From IMG/VR virus record IMGVR_UViG_3300026511_000002: a stretch of DNA of 64,000 bases; one strand, given 5' to 3'. Position numbers and translations under genes: made by a program. Source of the stretch: an uncultured virus (IMG/VR IMGVR_UViG_3300026511_000002). Its lineage: Duplodnaviria > Heunggongvirae > Uroviricota > Caudoviricetes. Positions within the stretch are counted from its first letter, which is position 1. Each line of letters opens with the position of its first letter. Below, one piece after another: positions 40,965 through 50,038 of this stretch. A model generated the notes under the pieces. The model did not search any database and was not told where the DNA came from. It was given only the letters and a program-made list of their open reading frames with translations.

Positions 40965-41768
40965 ATGAGTATTATAAATAAAATTATTAGTAATAAGAAC
41001 ACCCTCACTTTTGTGTTGGGTGCTCTTTTTGTTTTAATGTTTTTAAAACAATGTGACAGTATATCTTCTTTGAAACAAGACGTTAAATTAGCACAAGAAG
41101 ATGCTGGTAGACAGCTTAATAATTTTAAAGCGGCTCAAGATTCTGTTACTATATTAAGAAATGATAATGGTGATCAGCTTGCTCAGATTAGATCTTATGA
41201 ATTTGATTTATCAAATATGGAATCTAGCCAAACTAAGTTGACTAAAAAATATAAGAAAGTGCTAGCACTTAATGATGACTTAAAAGAAGTTAACTCATTA
41301 ATTTCGGCTAACCTAGAAATTACAGATAGTTTAGATGTAACTACTACAACTGAGACCATTGACACAACAACTACTAAAGTTACGTTTGCATCATCAGAAG
41401 ATTTTGGTAATGGTAACTCTAGAAAACTAACAGGGTTTTCTACCTTTAAATATGAATTTGAAAAATTTAAAGTATTGGAAACTAAGTTTGAATTGACACA
41501 AACTTTAAGTTTAATGGCTGCAATTGAGAACGTAAATGGAGCCGATAGATTAAAGTTATCGACAAGCTATCCTGGATTAGAGATTAAAGATATTGAAAAT
41601 ATAAACTTAGTTAATAGCAGATTAAATAGAAAAGACCAAAAGAAATCTAGATGGCTAGTTGGTTTTGGTGTTGGATATGGAATTAATTTAAACAATAACC
41701 AAGTGATTAGTACTGGACCATCTATTGGTGTAGGACTTTATTGGTCACCTAAATTTTTACAATTTTAA
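40965..41768 (+). CDS. Membrane-anchored coiled-coil protein, possible spanin-like lysis protein
   Basis: N-terminal TM segment (TLTFVLGALFVLMFL), coiled coil, C-terminal amphipathic beta hairpin ending in Phe. Confidence 0.45.
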   Translation: MSIINKIISNKNTLTFVLGALFVLMFLKQCDSISSLKQDVKLAQEDAGRQLNNFKAAQDSVTILRNDNGDQLAQIRSYEFDLSNMESSQTKLTKKYKKVLALNDDLKEVNSLISANLEITDSLDVTTTTETIDTTTTKVTFASSEDFGNGNSRKLTGFSTFKYEFEKFKVLETKFELTQTLSLMAAIENVNGADRLKLSTSYPGLEIKDIENINLVNSRLNRKDQKKSRWLVGFGVGYGINLNNNQVISTGPSIGVGLYWSPKFLQF

Positions 41769-41771
41769 AAC

Positions 41772-43835
41772 ATGGCTCAATCAAGCAGATATTTTTACTT
41801 AGATTCTGATATTTTATTAGAATTTATTTATCATGACCAAGGAAATCCTTCTAAATATCAAATAGAAGTTGACGATAATGGTAGTGAGGTAAAATTCTTA
41901 GACACAGTAAAAGGAATTACTTCAGAAAAAAGACACTTAATTAATGAATTAGGTAGTGCTGTTGTAAACTTTGATGTAACAGAAACTTCAGGATATTTAT
42001 CAGTTGAAAACTTTGCATCAAGAACTTTACTTTTACAAAACGGAAAAACTTATAAATTTAATTTAAGTTTATTAACAGATCCTAGTTTATTTCAAATCAG
42101 TGGAGCTTTAGGGATATACTCTTATTCTGATGTAACTAAGATTGCTCAATTTACACCTAATCAAAATGGGATAATTGAATATTCTTACGAAGGTTTAATT
42201 GGAGGTAAAATAATAGTAGACACAAGAGCAAATCCATTATTTGCAAATCCAGATGAAAATACAGGAAACGATATTAATCAAACTATTGGAAGATATCACG
42301 CTATAAAATCTGGTAATACTGGTACTAAATATGCACTACTAGGCTATGATTCGACAGGAGATTATGAAATGTTTAATTACGTTAATAATAACGTTGAGTG
42401 GGCCGGTGGAAATGAAACTGATCTTTTAAACAACCAAACTAATGCAACTGCAAATATTAATTATATCAAATACGATAGTATTAGGTTACATCTTAGAAGT
42501 GGGTATAGTTTTGCTGCCAGAGGATATGAAGGGTTTTTATTCGAAATAGCAACTAAAAGAAATTCAGGTGTCAGGAACAATTTAACACAATTAGTATACT
42601 TAAATACTAGTAACTATGAATACGCTAATCCTAAACCTTTTATTTTAGGTGAGACATTATATAGTAAATTTATTGATATTAAAATTCCTACTCTTGTAGA
42701 ACAGAATGAAGAGTTTAATGATTTATTTTATGGAGATGGAAGTGTAGGTTCTAGTGATTTAGATCCAACTTCTAATTATGAAATGACATTTAAATTAATA
42801 GATACATTACAAACTATTAATGGATTTGATTATTTCCTTACAGGTGAAGAGAATAGTTTTACTATTTCTAGAGAAGATGAATTTCAAGATTTTACTGTGG
42901 TAGTAGAAGATGCTACTGATGGTGATTACTTTAAGATATACGGAGAAAAAGATAATTCTATAGGAGCCTTTGAAGCGTACATACTAAATCAAATAACTAA
43001 GACTTCAGATGATATAGTTGTAATGTTTGATGTTGATGTTTTCGAAACTATAGGAAGTGTTGATATTAAAACATTCCAAACATCGTATACACAATATGAA
43101 GATTTCAATACACCTATTGTTTTTAGACCAGTGATTATTAATAGTAATACTGCTTCTAGTTTTTCAGTAGATGTAACTATGAGAATTTGGAATCAAACTG
43201 ATAATACACAAATAGTAAAAAGAGCTAGTTTAACTTTAACACAGGCTGCAAAGTATGGTAAAAGATTAAACAAGTTAAAAATTAATTCCCCAAATCAGTT
43301 AACTGAAGTTTATAATGTTTTACCTGAATTATCTTCTAATAAAATTATAGAAGGAATATTCACAGACAACTTGCCCAAAAGTATAAAATATGTTCCTACA
43401 TTTATAGAAAGACACAATGTTATTGCATCAAAATCAAAAATAGTGTTTGATTCTTCTAATGAAAATATAATGACACAGAGTATTACTGAGGTAGATACTT
43501 CTGAGTTTGTGAATGAAACTAAACTAAATATTGATATACCTCCATTTACTTCATATTATAAATTTGTGATTGCTAAAAGAAAAGGTGATGATGTAGAATT
43601 TATTTCTTTTACAAATGCAGAAAATGTAATATTAACATTCGGTGATGGAAAACAAAAATTAAAATTTAATCATATATCAAACAAGGATATTGATATGGGT
43701 GAAGGTGAAGTTTTGTTTAAAATAAGTGAAGCTAATGCTAATACTATTAGAGGTATGAAAAACAATAAGTTTTATATTAGTGTTAATAATGGCATTGACG
43801 AGAATATGATCATGTCTGGTAAATTTAAGAAATAA
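41772..43835 (+). CDS. Hypothetical structural protein
   Basis: Long ORF in the late cluster. Confidence 0.55.
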   Translation: MAQSSRYFYLDSDILLEFIYHDQGNPSKYQIEVDDNGSEVKFLDTVKGITSEKRHLINELGSAVVNFDVTETSGYLSVENFASRTLLLQNGKTYKFNLSLLTDPSLFQISGALGIYSYSDVTKIAQFTPNQNGIIEYSYEGLIGGKIIVDTRANPLFANPDENTGNDINQTIGRYHAIKSGNTGTKYALLGYDSTGDYEMFNYVNNNVEWAGGNETDLLNNQTNATANINYIKYDSIRLHLRSGYSFAARGYEGFLFEIATKRNSGVRNNLTQLVYLNTSNYEYANPKPFILGETLYSKFIDIKIPTLVEQNEEFNDLFYGDGSVGSSDLDPTSNYEMTFKLIDTLQTINGFDYFLTGEENSFTISREDEFQDFTVVVEDATDGDYFKIYGEKDNSIGAFEAYILNQITKTSDDIVVMFDVDVFETIGSVDIKTFQTSYTQYEDFNTPIVFRPVIINSNTASSFSVDVTMRIWNQTDNTQIVKRASLTLTQAAKYGKRLNKLKINSPNQLTEVYNVLPELSSNKIIEGIFTDNLPKSIKYVPTFIERHNVIASKSKIVFDSSNENIMTQSITEVDTSEFVNETKLNIDIPPFTSYYKFVIAKRKGDDVEFISFTNAENVILTFGDGKQKLKFNHISNKDIDMGEGEVLFKISEANANTIRGMKNNKFYISVNNGIDENMIMSGKFKK

Positions 43836-43844
43836 TAAAAAACA

Positions 43845-44399
43845 ATGATCTTAAATAGTAGAAATAATTCATTCGACTTTAGGTTTCCTAGAGGATTTGT
43901 ACCTAAAGAAGTTGCTGATAAATATAAAAAATATATTAATAATGTGCCAGGTGGTTTATTATCTGAACCTGTAGATTTTATAAATTATAGCATTCAAGGT
44001 ATTAATATACCTGGTGTTTCTTTTAATCCGTTAACACAAGAAGATAATGACGGTTCTATAAGATATCACAGGGGTGCTATTCCAATACAAAACACAATTA
44101 ATAGAGAATTTACAGTTAGTATGCAATTACTAGATGGGTTTATTAATTATTGGATTATGATGGATACACTTTTATGGTATTACGCTAGATCTACTAAGCA
44201 ATCTCATATAGAATCTCCATTAACTTTAAGAATATTAGATGCAGAAGGAGCATCAGTAGCATATATGGAATTCACAGATTGTATCATGAACTCTATTAAT
44301 GAATTAAATTTAAATTTTGCAGAAAACGTTGCATCTTTTCAAACATTTGAAGTTACGTTCTTTTATAATAGATTAAACCTTAGATTAGAATTAGAATAA
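43845..44399 (+). CDS. Tail tube-fold protein (gp3/gp19-like tail completion)
   Basis: SIQGINIPGVS...LTLRILD..MEFTDC..SINELNLN..FEVTFFY pattern. Confidence 0.6.
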   Translation: MILNSRNNSFDFRFPRGFVPKEVADKYKKYINNVPGGLLSEPVDFINYSIQGINIPGVSFNPLTQEDNDGSIRYHRGAIPIQNTINREFTVSMQLLDGFINYWIMMDTLLWYYARSTKQSHIESPLTLRILDAEGASVAYMEFTDCIMNSINELNLNFAENVASFQTFEVTFFYNRLNLRLELE

Positions 44400-44416
44400 A
44401 ATAAGATATATAATAC

Positions 44417-44785
44417 ATGAAAACATTTAATACATATTTAATTGAAAACGCTGTTAACGAACAGGATTTGGAACTTATTAATGAAGGTCTTCAAGAAACT
44501 TGGACTCCGGAGTTAGAAGAGAAAATAGATGCAGCATTAGAATCTTTTGCTTCAGAATATCAAAATGAAGATGGTTCTTATGATATTGAGAGACTTAATG
44601 AAGAGATGACTAATGAAGGTTTCTTTGGATCAATTATTGGTGGACTTACCGGTTTTGCTTTAGGGAAATCTATTGGTAAAATGCTAGCAAAAGTTCTTGG
44701 TATTCAAAAAGGTGTGTTTTACGATTTATTAACTTCTAGACTTGTAGGTGCCGCATTAGGTGCAGCTCTAGGTAAAAAACTGTAA
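44417..44785 (+). CDS. Putative internal head protein: capsid-targeting-like N-terminus, acidic pro-region, cationic glycine-zipper C-terminus
   Basis: MKTFNTYLIE start; MTNE|GFFGSIIGGLTGFALGKSIGK...GAALGAALGKKL. Confidence 0.6.
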   Translation: MKTFNTYLIENAVNEQDLELINEGLQETWTPELEEKIDAALESFASEYQNEDGSYDIERLNEEMTNEGFFGSIIGGLTGFALGKSIGKMLAKVLGIQKGVFYDLLTSRLVGAALGAALGKKL

Positions 44786-45436
44786 ATGAATTACTTAGCA
44801 GTAGATTTTTCTTTAAATTCTCCAGGTTTAGCCATATATAATGATAAAAAAAAGAGTTATCATTTTATTAGTTACATAAAACCAAAAACAGGAACTAAAG
44901 CAGAACAAAGACTTCAAGAAGAGATTTCTTTATTAGAAGATGTTACTTTAGTTAATCAACCTGATTTTACAAACAATGAATCTTTCTCAAGTGCCGAACT
45001 CTTAAAGGTAAAGAGATATGATAAAATGGCTGATGATTTAATCAACCTAATATTACAAAATTCTTTTGAAGGTGATGGTTTCACTATAGCATTTGAAGGT
45101 ACTTCTTATGGTTCTAAGATGGGAACTAATAATATGATTGACATGGCAGCAGGAGCCGCAATCTTAAAGCTTAAACTTTTAAAGACCTTAAATCCAGAAG
45201 ATTTACTTACTGTTGCTCCTACCACAATTAAGAAGTTTGCAGGTAAAGGTAATATGAATAAACTACAATTATTTGAAGCTTACCAAAAAAATGTGAACGA
45301 AGACCAAATCTTGGCTAAAAGCCCTTTGTGGAAAATAGTTAAAGACCTAGAAATTGGGAAGAAGATCCCGAAGCCTTTGGATGACTTAGTTGACGCTTAT
45401 TTTCTCGCAGCATACGTTTCAAACCTCCAAGCCTAA
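44786..45436 (+). CDS. ruvC: RuvC-like Holliday junction resolvase
   Basis: YLAVDFSLNSPGLAI, IAFEG, PTTIKKFAGKGNMNK, DDLVDAYFLA. Confidence 0.8.
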   Translation: MNYLAVDFSLNSPGLAIYNDKKKSYHFISYIKPKTGTKAEQRLQEEISLLEDVTLVNQPDFTNNESFSSAELLKVKRYDKMADDLINLILQNSFEGDGFTIAFEGTSYGSKMGTNNMIDMAAGAAILKLKLLKTLNPEDLLTVAPTTIKKFAGKGNMNKLQLFEAYQKNVNEDQILAKSPLWKIVKDLEIGKKIPKPLDDLVDAYFLAAYVSNLQA

Positions 45437-45462
45437 TCTAACTTCTGGCTTAACTAACATTT

Positions 45463-45492
45463 GTTATATGCACTTGCCGAAAAACTGTTTCA
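45463..45492 (-). promoter_or_regulatory. Putative antisense promoter TGAAAC-N18-TATAAC
   Basis: Reverse-complement copy of the recurring motif, pointing into the ruvC 3' end. Confidence 0.4.
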
Positions 45493-45526
45493 TTTTATTT
45501 TAAAAAAAATTAAAATTAATCCCAGG

Positions 45527-45555
45527 TGAAACAAATTAAAGGTTAGATATATAAT
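45527..45555 (+). promoter_or_regulatory. Putative promoter TGAAAC-N17-TATAAT overlapping GATATATAA
   Basis: Both recurrent motifs coincide upstream of ORF 45583. Confidence 0.55.
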
Positions 45556-45582
45556 AAGTATAATAACAAAAGTATTAATTAC

Positions 45583-45753
45583 ATGTTAGTTACAACAGAT
45601 TACCTTCGTTTATTAAGCATCCTACAAAAAATGGTGATAGCGAACCAGCTTACTGAAAAGCAAGCGTCAGAGTTACTTCACAAATCAGGACTGATTAAGT
45701 TAAAGGAGAATAAATGGAAGGAACCTTCTGGAGCAATCTTAACAATTAATTGA
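45583..45753 (+). CDS. Small hypothetical protein (56 aa), absent from the ORF track
   Basis: MLVTTDYLRLLSILQKMVIANQLTEKQASELLHKSGLIKLKENKWKEPSGAILTIN*, downstream of the promoter motif. Confidence 0.6.
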   Translation: MLVTTDYLRLLSILQKMVIANQLTEKQASELLHKSGLIKLKENKWKEPSGAILTIN

Positions 45754-45779
45754 AACTATTTATTATTATACAATATAAG
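45751..45779 (+). promoter_or_regulatory. Putative promoter TGAAAC-N17-TATAAG
   Basis: Recurring motif upstream of gp32. Confidence 0.55.
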
Positions 45780-45851
45780 GAAACGAAAGAACATTAAAGT
45801 AATTTCAAGGTAAACAATTAACAATTTTAACAAACTAAACAATTTAAAGGT

Positions 45852-46772
45852 ATGAGTGATTCATTTGACATTTTTAACTTGGGCGTGGAAGACGTAGAAA
45901 CGCACCAAGTACAAGCAAGTAGTTCTACTAACGAGATCTACAAACCAACAGCAGACGATGGTAAAGACGGAACTTACAAAGCATTAATACGTTTTGTGCC
46001 AAATCCAGAAAACCCTCGTAATTCCCTAATCCAAAAATATGTACACTGGTTAACAAACTCTAGTGGCGATGGTAAATTAGTTGATTCTCCAGCAACAATC
46101 GGAGAAAAATGCCCTATCGCAGATGTATTTTGGAAGTTGCGTAAATCAGATTCAGCTGTAGATAGAAAATCTTCAGATAAACTAAAAAGACGCCAACAAT
46201 ACTATTCTTTAGTAAAGATCGTAAAAGATCCACAAAATCCAGAACTAGAAGGTACTTACAAAGTATTTAAATTTGGATATAAAATTAAAGAAAAGATAGA
46301 CGCAGAATTAAAACCAAACTTTGGTGAGCCAACACAAGTATTCGATTTATTCGAAGGTAAAAACTTTGAGTTAGTTATCACTAGACAAGGTGAATATAAT
46401 AACTACGATACATCTAAATTTTCTTCTAGTAAGTCAGCTATTATTATGGGCGATGCCCCGGCAGAACGTAGTAAAGAAACTATGACTACTATCAAAGAAG
46501 AGTTAGAAGCAGCTCCTTCATTAAAAGGATATGATTATCAAGCATGGGACGAAGATACAAGATCATTTGTAAATGATGTATTAAGAATGTATCTTAATCC
46601 GGGTGATTCAATTGCATCGATGACATCAAGTGCTCCAAAGGCAGCAACTAAAACTGCAACAGCAGTAAAAGAAAAACCAGCGGCAGCACCAGTGACTTCA
46701 ACGTCGGAATCAACTTCAAGTGTATCAACAGATGATGATCTAGATTCTTTCTTGAATGACCTCGACATCTAA
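45852..46772 (+). CDS. 32: Single-stranded DNA-binding protein (T4 gp32-like)
   Basis: ALIRFVP, GEKCPI, VKDPQNPELEG..VFKFGYKIKEKI, FDLFEGKNF..YNNYDTSKF, acidic DDDLDSFLNDL tail. Confidence 0.9.
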   Translation: MSDSFDIFNLGVEDVETHQVQASSSTNEIYKPTADDGKDGTYKALIRFVPNPENPRNSLIQKYVHWLTNSSGDGKLVDSPATIGEKCPIADVFWKLRKSDSAVDRKSSDKLKRRQQYYSLVKIVKDPQNPELEGTYKVFKFGYKIKEKIDAELKPNFGEPTQVFDLFEGKNFELVITRQGEYNNYDTSKFSSSKSAIIMGDAPAERSKETMTTIKEELEAAPSLKGYDYQAWDEDTRSFVNDVLRMYLNPGDSIASMTSSAPKAATKTATAVKEKPAAAPVTSTSESTSSVSTDDDLDSFLNDLDI

Positions 46773-47838
46773 TAACAATATAGAACTTACTGAAGAGTTA
46801 AAGGATAAAATAAGATATGCACTTAAGCAAGTAGTATCTCAAATACATTCTACTCCTAATAAGAAGCTACTAAAGGACATGCATGGGCGAATAACCTGTG
46901 CATGTCCCTATTGTGGCGATTCTCACTCGGACGATACCAAGAAAAGAGGTAATATATTTTGGGATACACTACAGTATCATTGTTATAATTGTAGTTATCA
47001 TACTAATCTATATTCTTTTTTAAAGGATCATGATGTTAAGATGGACACATCTAATGACTCTTTTATGGTTATCGATTACATCAAACAAAATAAAATACAG
47101 GTAAACCCAGAGTCTGTATTGAAACACCAGGCGCTAGAAAAGATACATAATCTAGCAATTGATGTTGAAGAATTCAAGAAACATTTTAAAGCTAAAGTAA
47201 TAGAACCAGGTGATTGGATTTGGTTTCAATTAAAAGATAGGTTATTACATAATCGATCTGAAGAATTTCTATATTCAGATAAAGAGTTTCGTTTGTGGAT
47301 TCTTAATTATAGTACAGATGGCAAAATTATAGGTGCACAGACACGTAGAATGAAAGGGTATGGACAGAGATATTTAACTTATGATTTGCCAAAATTATAT
47401 GAAGAAATGGGTAAGCCATTAGAAATGAGCAATGAGGAACTAAACACACTTACAAAGATATCAACACTTTTTGGAATTATGCAATTAAATTTCCAAAGAC
47501 CAATAACAATGTTCGAAGGTCCTTTAGATGCTAAATTCATGAATAACTCGTTGGCCTTAGCAACTGCAGGTAGATCAACTGATGATTTTGATGAGATACC
47601 AACTGTTAGGTATATGTTTGATAATGACGCAACGGGTAAAAAGAAAATGGCAGAAAAGTTAAAGAAAGGACGTCCCGTTTTTATGTGGACTAAATTTCTT
47701 AGCGAAAATAAACTAGATACATATAATATTAAGGATCTAAATGATTTAATATTGAAGTGTTTTGAGCTTAAAATCGATGCTCACAAAAAGATCGATAATT
47801 ATTTCACTTCTAATCAATTAGATTTATGGTATGTATAG
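46756..47838 (+). CDS. 61: DNA primase (T4 gp61-like)
   Basis: CPYCGDS...YHCYNC zinc finger, FEGPLDA and FDND TOPRIM motifs, IKDLND. Confidence 0.88.
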   Translation: MTSTSNNNIELTEELKDKIRYALKQVVSQIHSTPNKKLLKDMHGRITCACPYCGDSHSDDTKKRGNIFWDTLQYHCYNCSYHTNLYSFLKDHDVKMDTSNDSFMVIDYIKQNKIQVNPESVLKHQALEKIHNLAIDVEEFKKHFKAKVIEPGDWIWFQLKDRLLHNRSEEFLYSDKEFRLWILNYSTDGKIIGAQTRRMKGYGQRYLTYDLPKLYEEMGKPLEMSNEELNTLTKISTLFGIMQLNFQRPITMFEGPLDAKFMNNSLALATAGRSTDDFDEIPTVRYMFDNDATGKKKMAEKLKKGRPVFMWTKFLSENKLDTYNIKDLNDLILKCFELKIDAHKKIDNYFTSNQLDLWYV

Positions 47839-48047
47839 AAACGATTAACAACATGGTTGAGGATAACTTTGATGAGTTCCAAAAAGACAGTGATAGATTT
47901 AAGGGTATGAAACTTTTGATAGATTTCAAGCCATTAGATCTTAGCGTCAATTCTCCAGAAATGGAAATGCCAAAACCTAAATTTAAGAAGAGGCAAATAA
48001 CATCAAAATTTATTAAACCAAATCCTAACAAGAAATCATTATTTTAA
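47826..48047 (+). CDS. Hypothetical protein
   Basis: In-operon ORF. Confidence 0.55.
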   Translation: MVCIETINNMVEDNFDEFQKDSDRFKGMKLLIDFKPLDLSVNSPEMEMPKPKFKKRQITSKFIKPNPNKKSLF

Positions 48048-48048
48048 T

Positions 48049-48471
48049 ATGACTAAAGAAAACATACTAGCATTAGACGGAAAATTAAGTAGACAAAGAA
48101 CTGAGTGGACAAACAATATAAAAAAGTTGGCACAGAGTTTGAGAAACTTAAATTTAATGGAAGAAACAATTGCTGAAGTTTTATCTTCGCGTCAATCTCT
48201 AGTAGAACAAATGTCGTATTTAAATATGAAAGTAAAAGAACAAAAAGCAAAAGTAGCTATTAGATATAGAGAAGCCTATATTAGATACTATGAATATGAT
48301 TATAAACTCGGAGAAAAACAAAAAGAAAGATTTATAGAGACAGACTTAGCAGACGAAAACATGATATTGTCTCATCTAGAAAATCAAGTTGAGTTTTTTA
48401 AAGATTCGGTAAAAACCCTAGATAATATGGGATTTGCCATTCGTAATAGACTAGCATTAAAAGATCTATAA
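48049..48471 (+). CDS. uvsY: Recombination mediator UvsY-like
   Basis: Helical 140-aa protein ending KTLDNMGFAIRN, directly upstream of uvsW. Confidence 0.7.
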   Translation: MTKENILALDGKLSRQRTEWTNNIKKLAQSLRNLNLMEETIAEVLSSRQSLVEQMSYLNMKVKEQKAKVAIRYREAYIRYYEYDYKLGEKQKERFIETDLADENMILSHLENQVEFFKDSVKTLDNMGFAIRNRLALKDL

Positions 48472-48496
48472 CGAAAAATAAAAATGCTCTAACAAT

Positions 48497-50005
48497 GTGG
48501 AGCTTAGTTTAACTGAAAATAAACAGTTGCTACGTATTGATGAAGCAACTGAATTAGAACTGGAACAACTCAATATTTCTTTAAATAGAAGAATTGATTC
48601 ATGGCGATTTAATCCTTTGGTTAAAAAGGGTTTATGGGATGGATATGTTTCATATATAAAAGATGATAAATGGATTCCTTCAGGATTATGGAGAGAAGTC
48701 ATGCAGATATGTAAAGAATATAAATTTGAGTTTAAACTCAATGGTATTACTGACATGTTTGATACCAATATTAATCAAGAAAAATTTACAAAATGGGCTT
48801 TAGACTTTTTCGAAAAGTCAGAGATAACTCCAAGAGATTATCAAATAGAGGCAGCATTTAATATACTAAAATTTAGAAGATGCTTAAGTGAGCTTGCAAC
48901 TTCTGCGGGTAAAACACTGATATCATTCTTAACAGTATCATATTTACTAGAACAACAAAAAGCAAAAAAGATTTTATTTATTGTACCCAATGTATCATTA
49001 GTTGTACAAGCGAGTGAAGATTTTCTAGACTATAATTATAGAAATGCAATAGATATTAAGGTACAGCAAATATACAGTGGTCAAAAATTAAGGCCAGGTA
49101 GGAATGTTATTATTGGAACATATCAATCACTTGTTAAAAAAGATAAAGCATATTTTGCAGAATTTGATGCAGTAATTGTTGATGAAACACACAAAGCAAA
49201 ATCAGCCTCTATTAAAACTATTTTACAAAAGTGTATTAATGCAGATTATAAATATGGTTTATCTGGAACTATTCCAAAAGAAGGCACATTAGATAGATTA
49301 ACTCTAATGGCATATACTGGTCCATTAATTACAGAAATAAGTGCACATTATTTACAAAACGAAGGGCATATAGCAGGTTGTAAAGTAAAGGTAATTAAAA
49401 TGGACTATGCACCTCAATCTACAAAAGACGCATTTAGAGAAATGTCCCAGAATAGATATGAAAGTAAAGACGTTTTTAAATTTGAGCAAAACTATGTGAT
49501 CAATTCACCTGGAAGACTTAATTTTATAACAAGTATTATCTCCAGGGTTAAGGGTAATAGTTTAGTTCTTTTTCATAGAATTGAACATGGTAAAAAAATA
49601 TATGAAAAACTCAGACAAGAGAGTGATAAATCTGTTTATTATGTTGATGGTGGAATTGATAAAGATATTAGGGAAGAACACAAAAAGAAAATGGAAGCTG
49701 GAAACCAAGTCGTCATTGTCGCTTCATATGGTACATTCTCAACTGGTATATCCATCAAGAAAATCCACAACATATTCTTCACAGAATCATTTAAATCGGA
49801 AGTAATTATTAGACAATCTATCGGTAGAGGTTTAAGGCAACATAGCTCTAAAGACTCGGTCAATATTATAGATTTTGTAGATGATTTAAGTTCTCCTGAT
49901 TGGGACAACTATCTAATAAGACACTCCAAAGAAAGACAAAGGATCTACAAGGAACAGAAGTTTAAGTATGATATAAAAAATGTAGATTTTGAAGGAGATA
50001 TATAA
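48497..50005 (+). CDS. uvsW: UvsW-like DNA helicase
   Basis: PRDYQ, LATSAGKTL, GTYQS, DETH, GLSGT, ASYGTFSTGISIKKIHN, QSIGRGLR; GTG start. Confidence 0.92.
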   Translation: MELSLTENKQLLRIDEATELELEQLNISLNRRIDSWRFNPLVKKGLWDGYVSYIKDDKWIPSGLWREVMQICKEYKFEFKLNGITDMFDTNINQEKFTKWALDFFEKSEITPRDYQIEAAFNILKFRRCLSELATSAGKTLISFLTVSYLLEQQKAKKILFIVPNVSLVVQASEDFLDYNYRNAIDIKVQQIYSGQKLRPGRNVIIGTYQSLVKKDKAYFAEFDAVIVDETHKAKSASIKTILQKCINADYKYGLSGTIPKEGTLDRLTLMAYTGPLITEISAHYLQNEGHIAGCKVKVIKMDYAPQSTKDAFREMSQNRYESKDVFKFEQNYVINSPGRLNFITSIISRVKGNSLVLFHRIEHGKKIYEKLRQESDKSVYYVDGGIDKDIREEHKKKMEAGNQVVIVASYGTFSTGISIKKIHNIFFTESFKSEVIIRQSIGRGLRQHSSKDSVNIIDFVDDLSSPDWDNYLIRHSKERQRIYKEQKFKYDIKNVDFEGDI

Positions 50006-50038
50006 TAAAATAATAACATACAAAAAAATAACAACACT

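Noticed and set aside
40962..40967. In-frame TAA-ATG junctions (also 44783-44788) as stop readthrough or genetic recoding
   Set aside because: Standard code already gives near-complete coding density with intact long genes; abutting genes are normal in compact phage operons.
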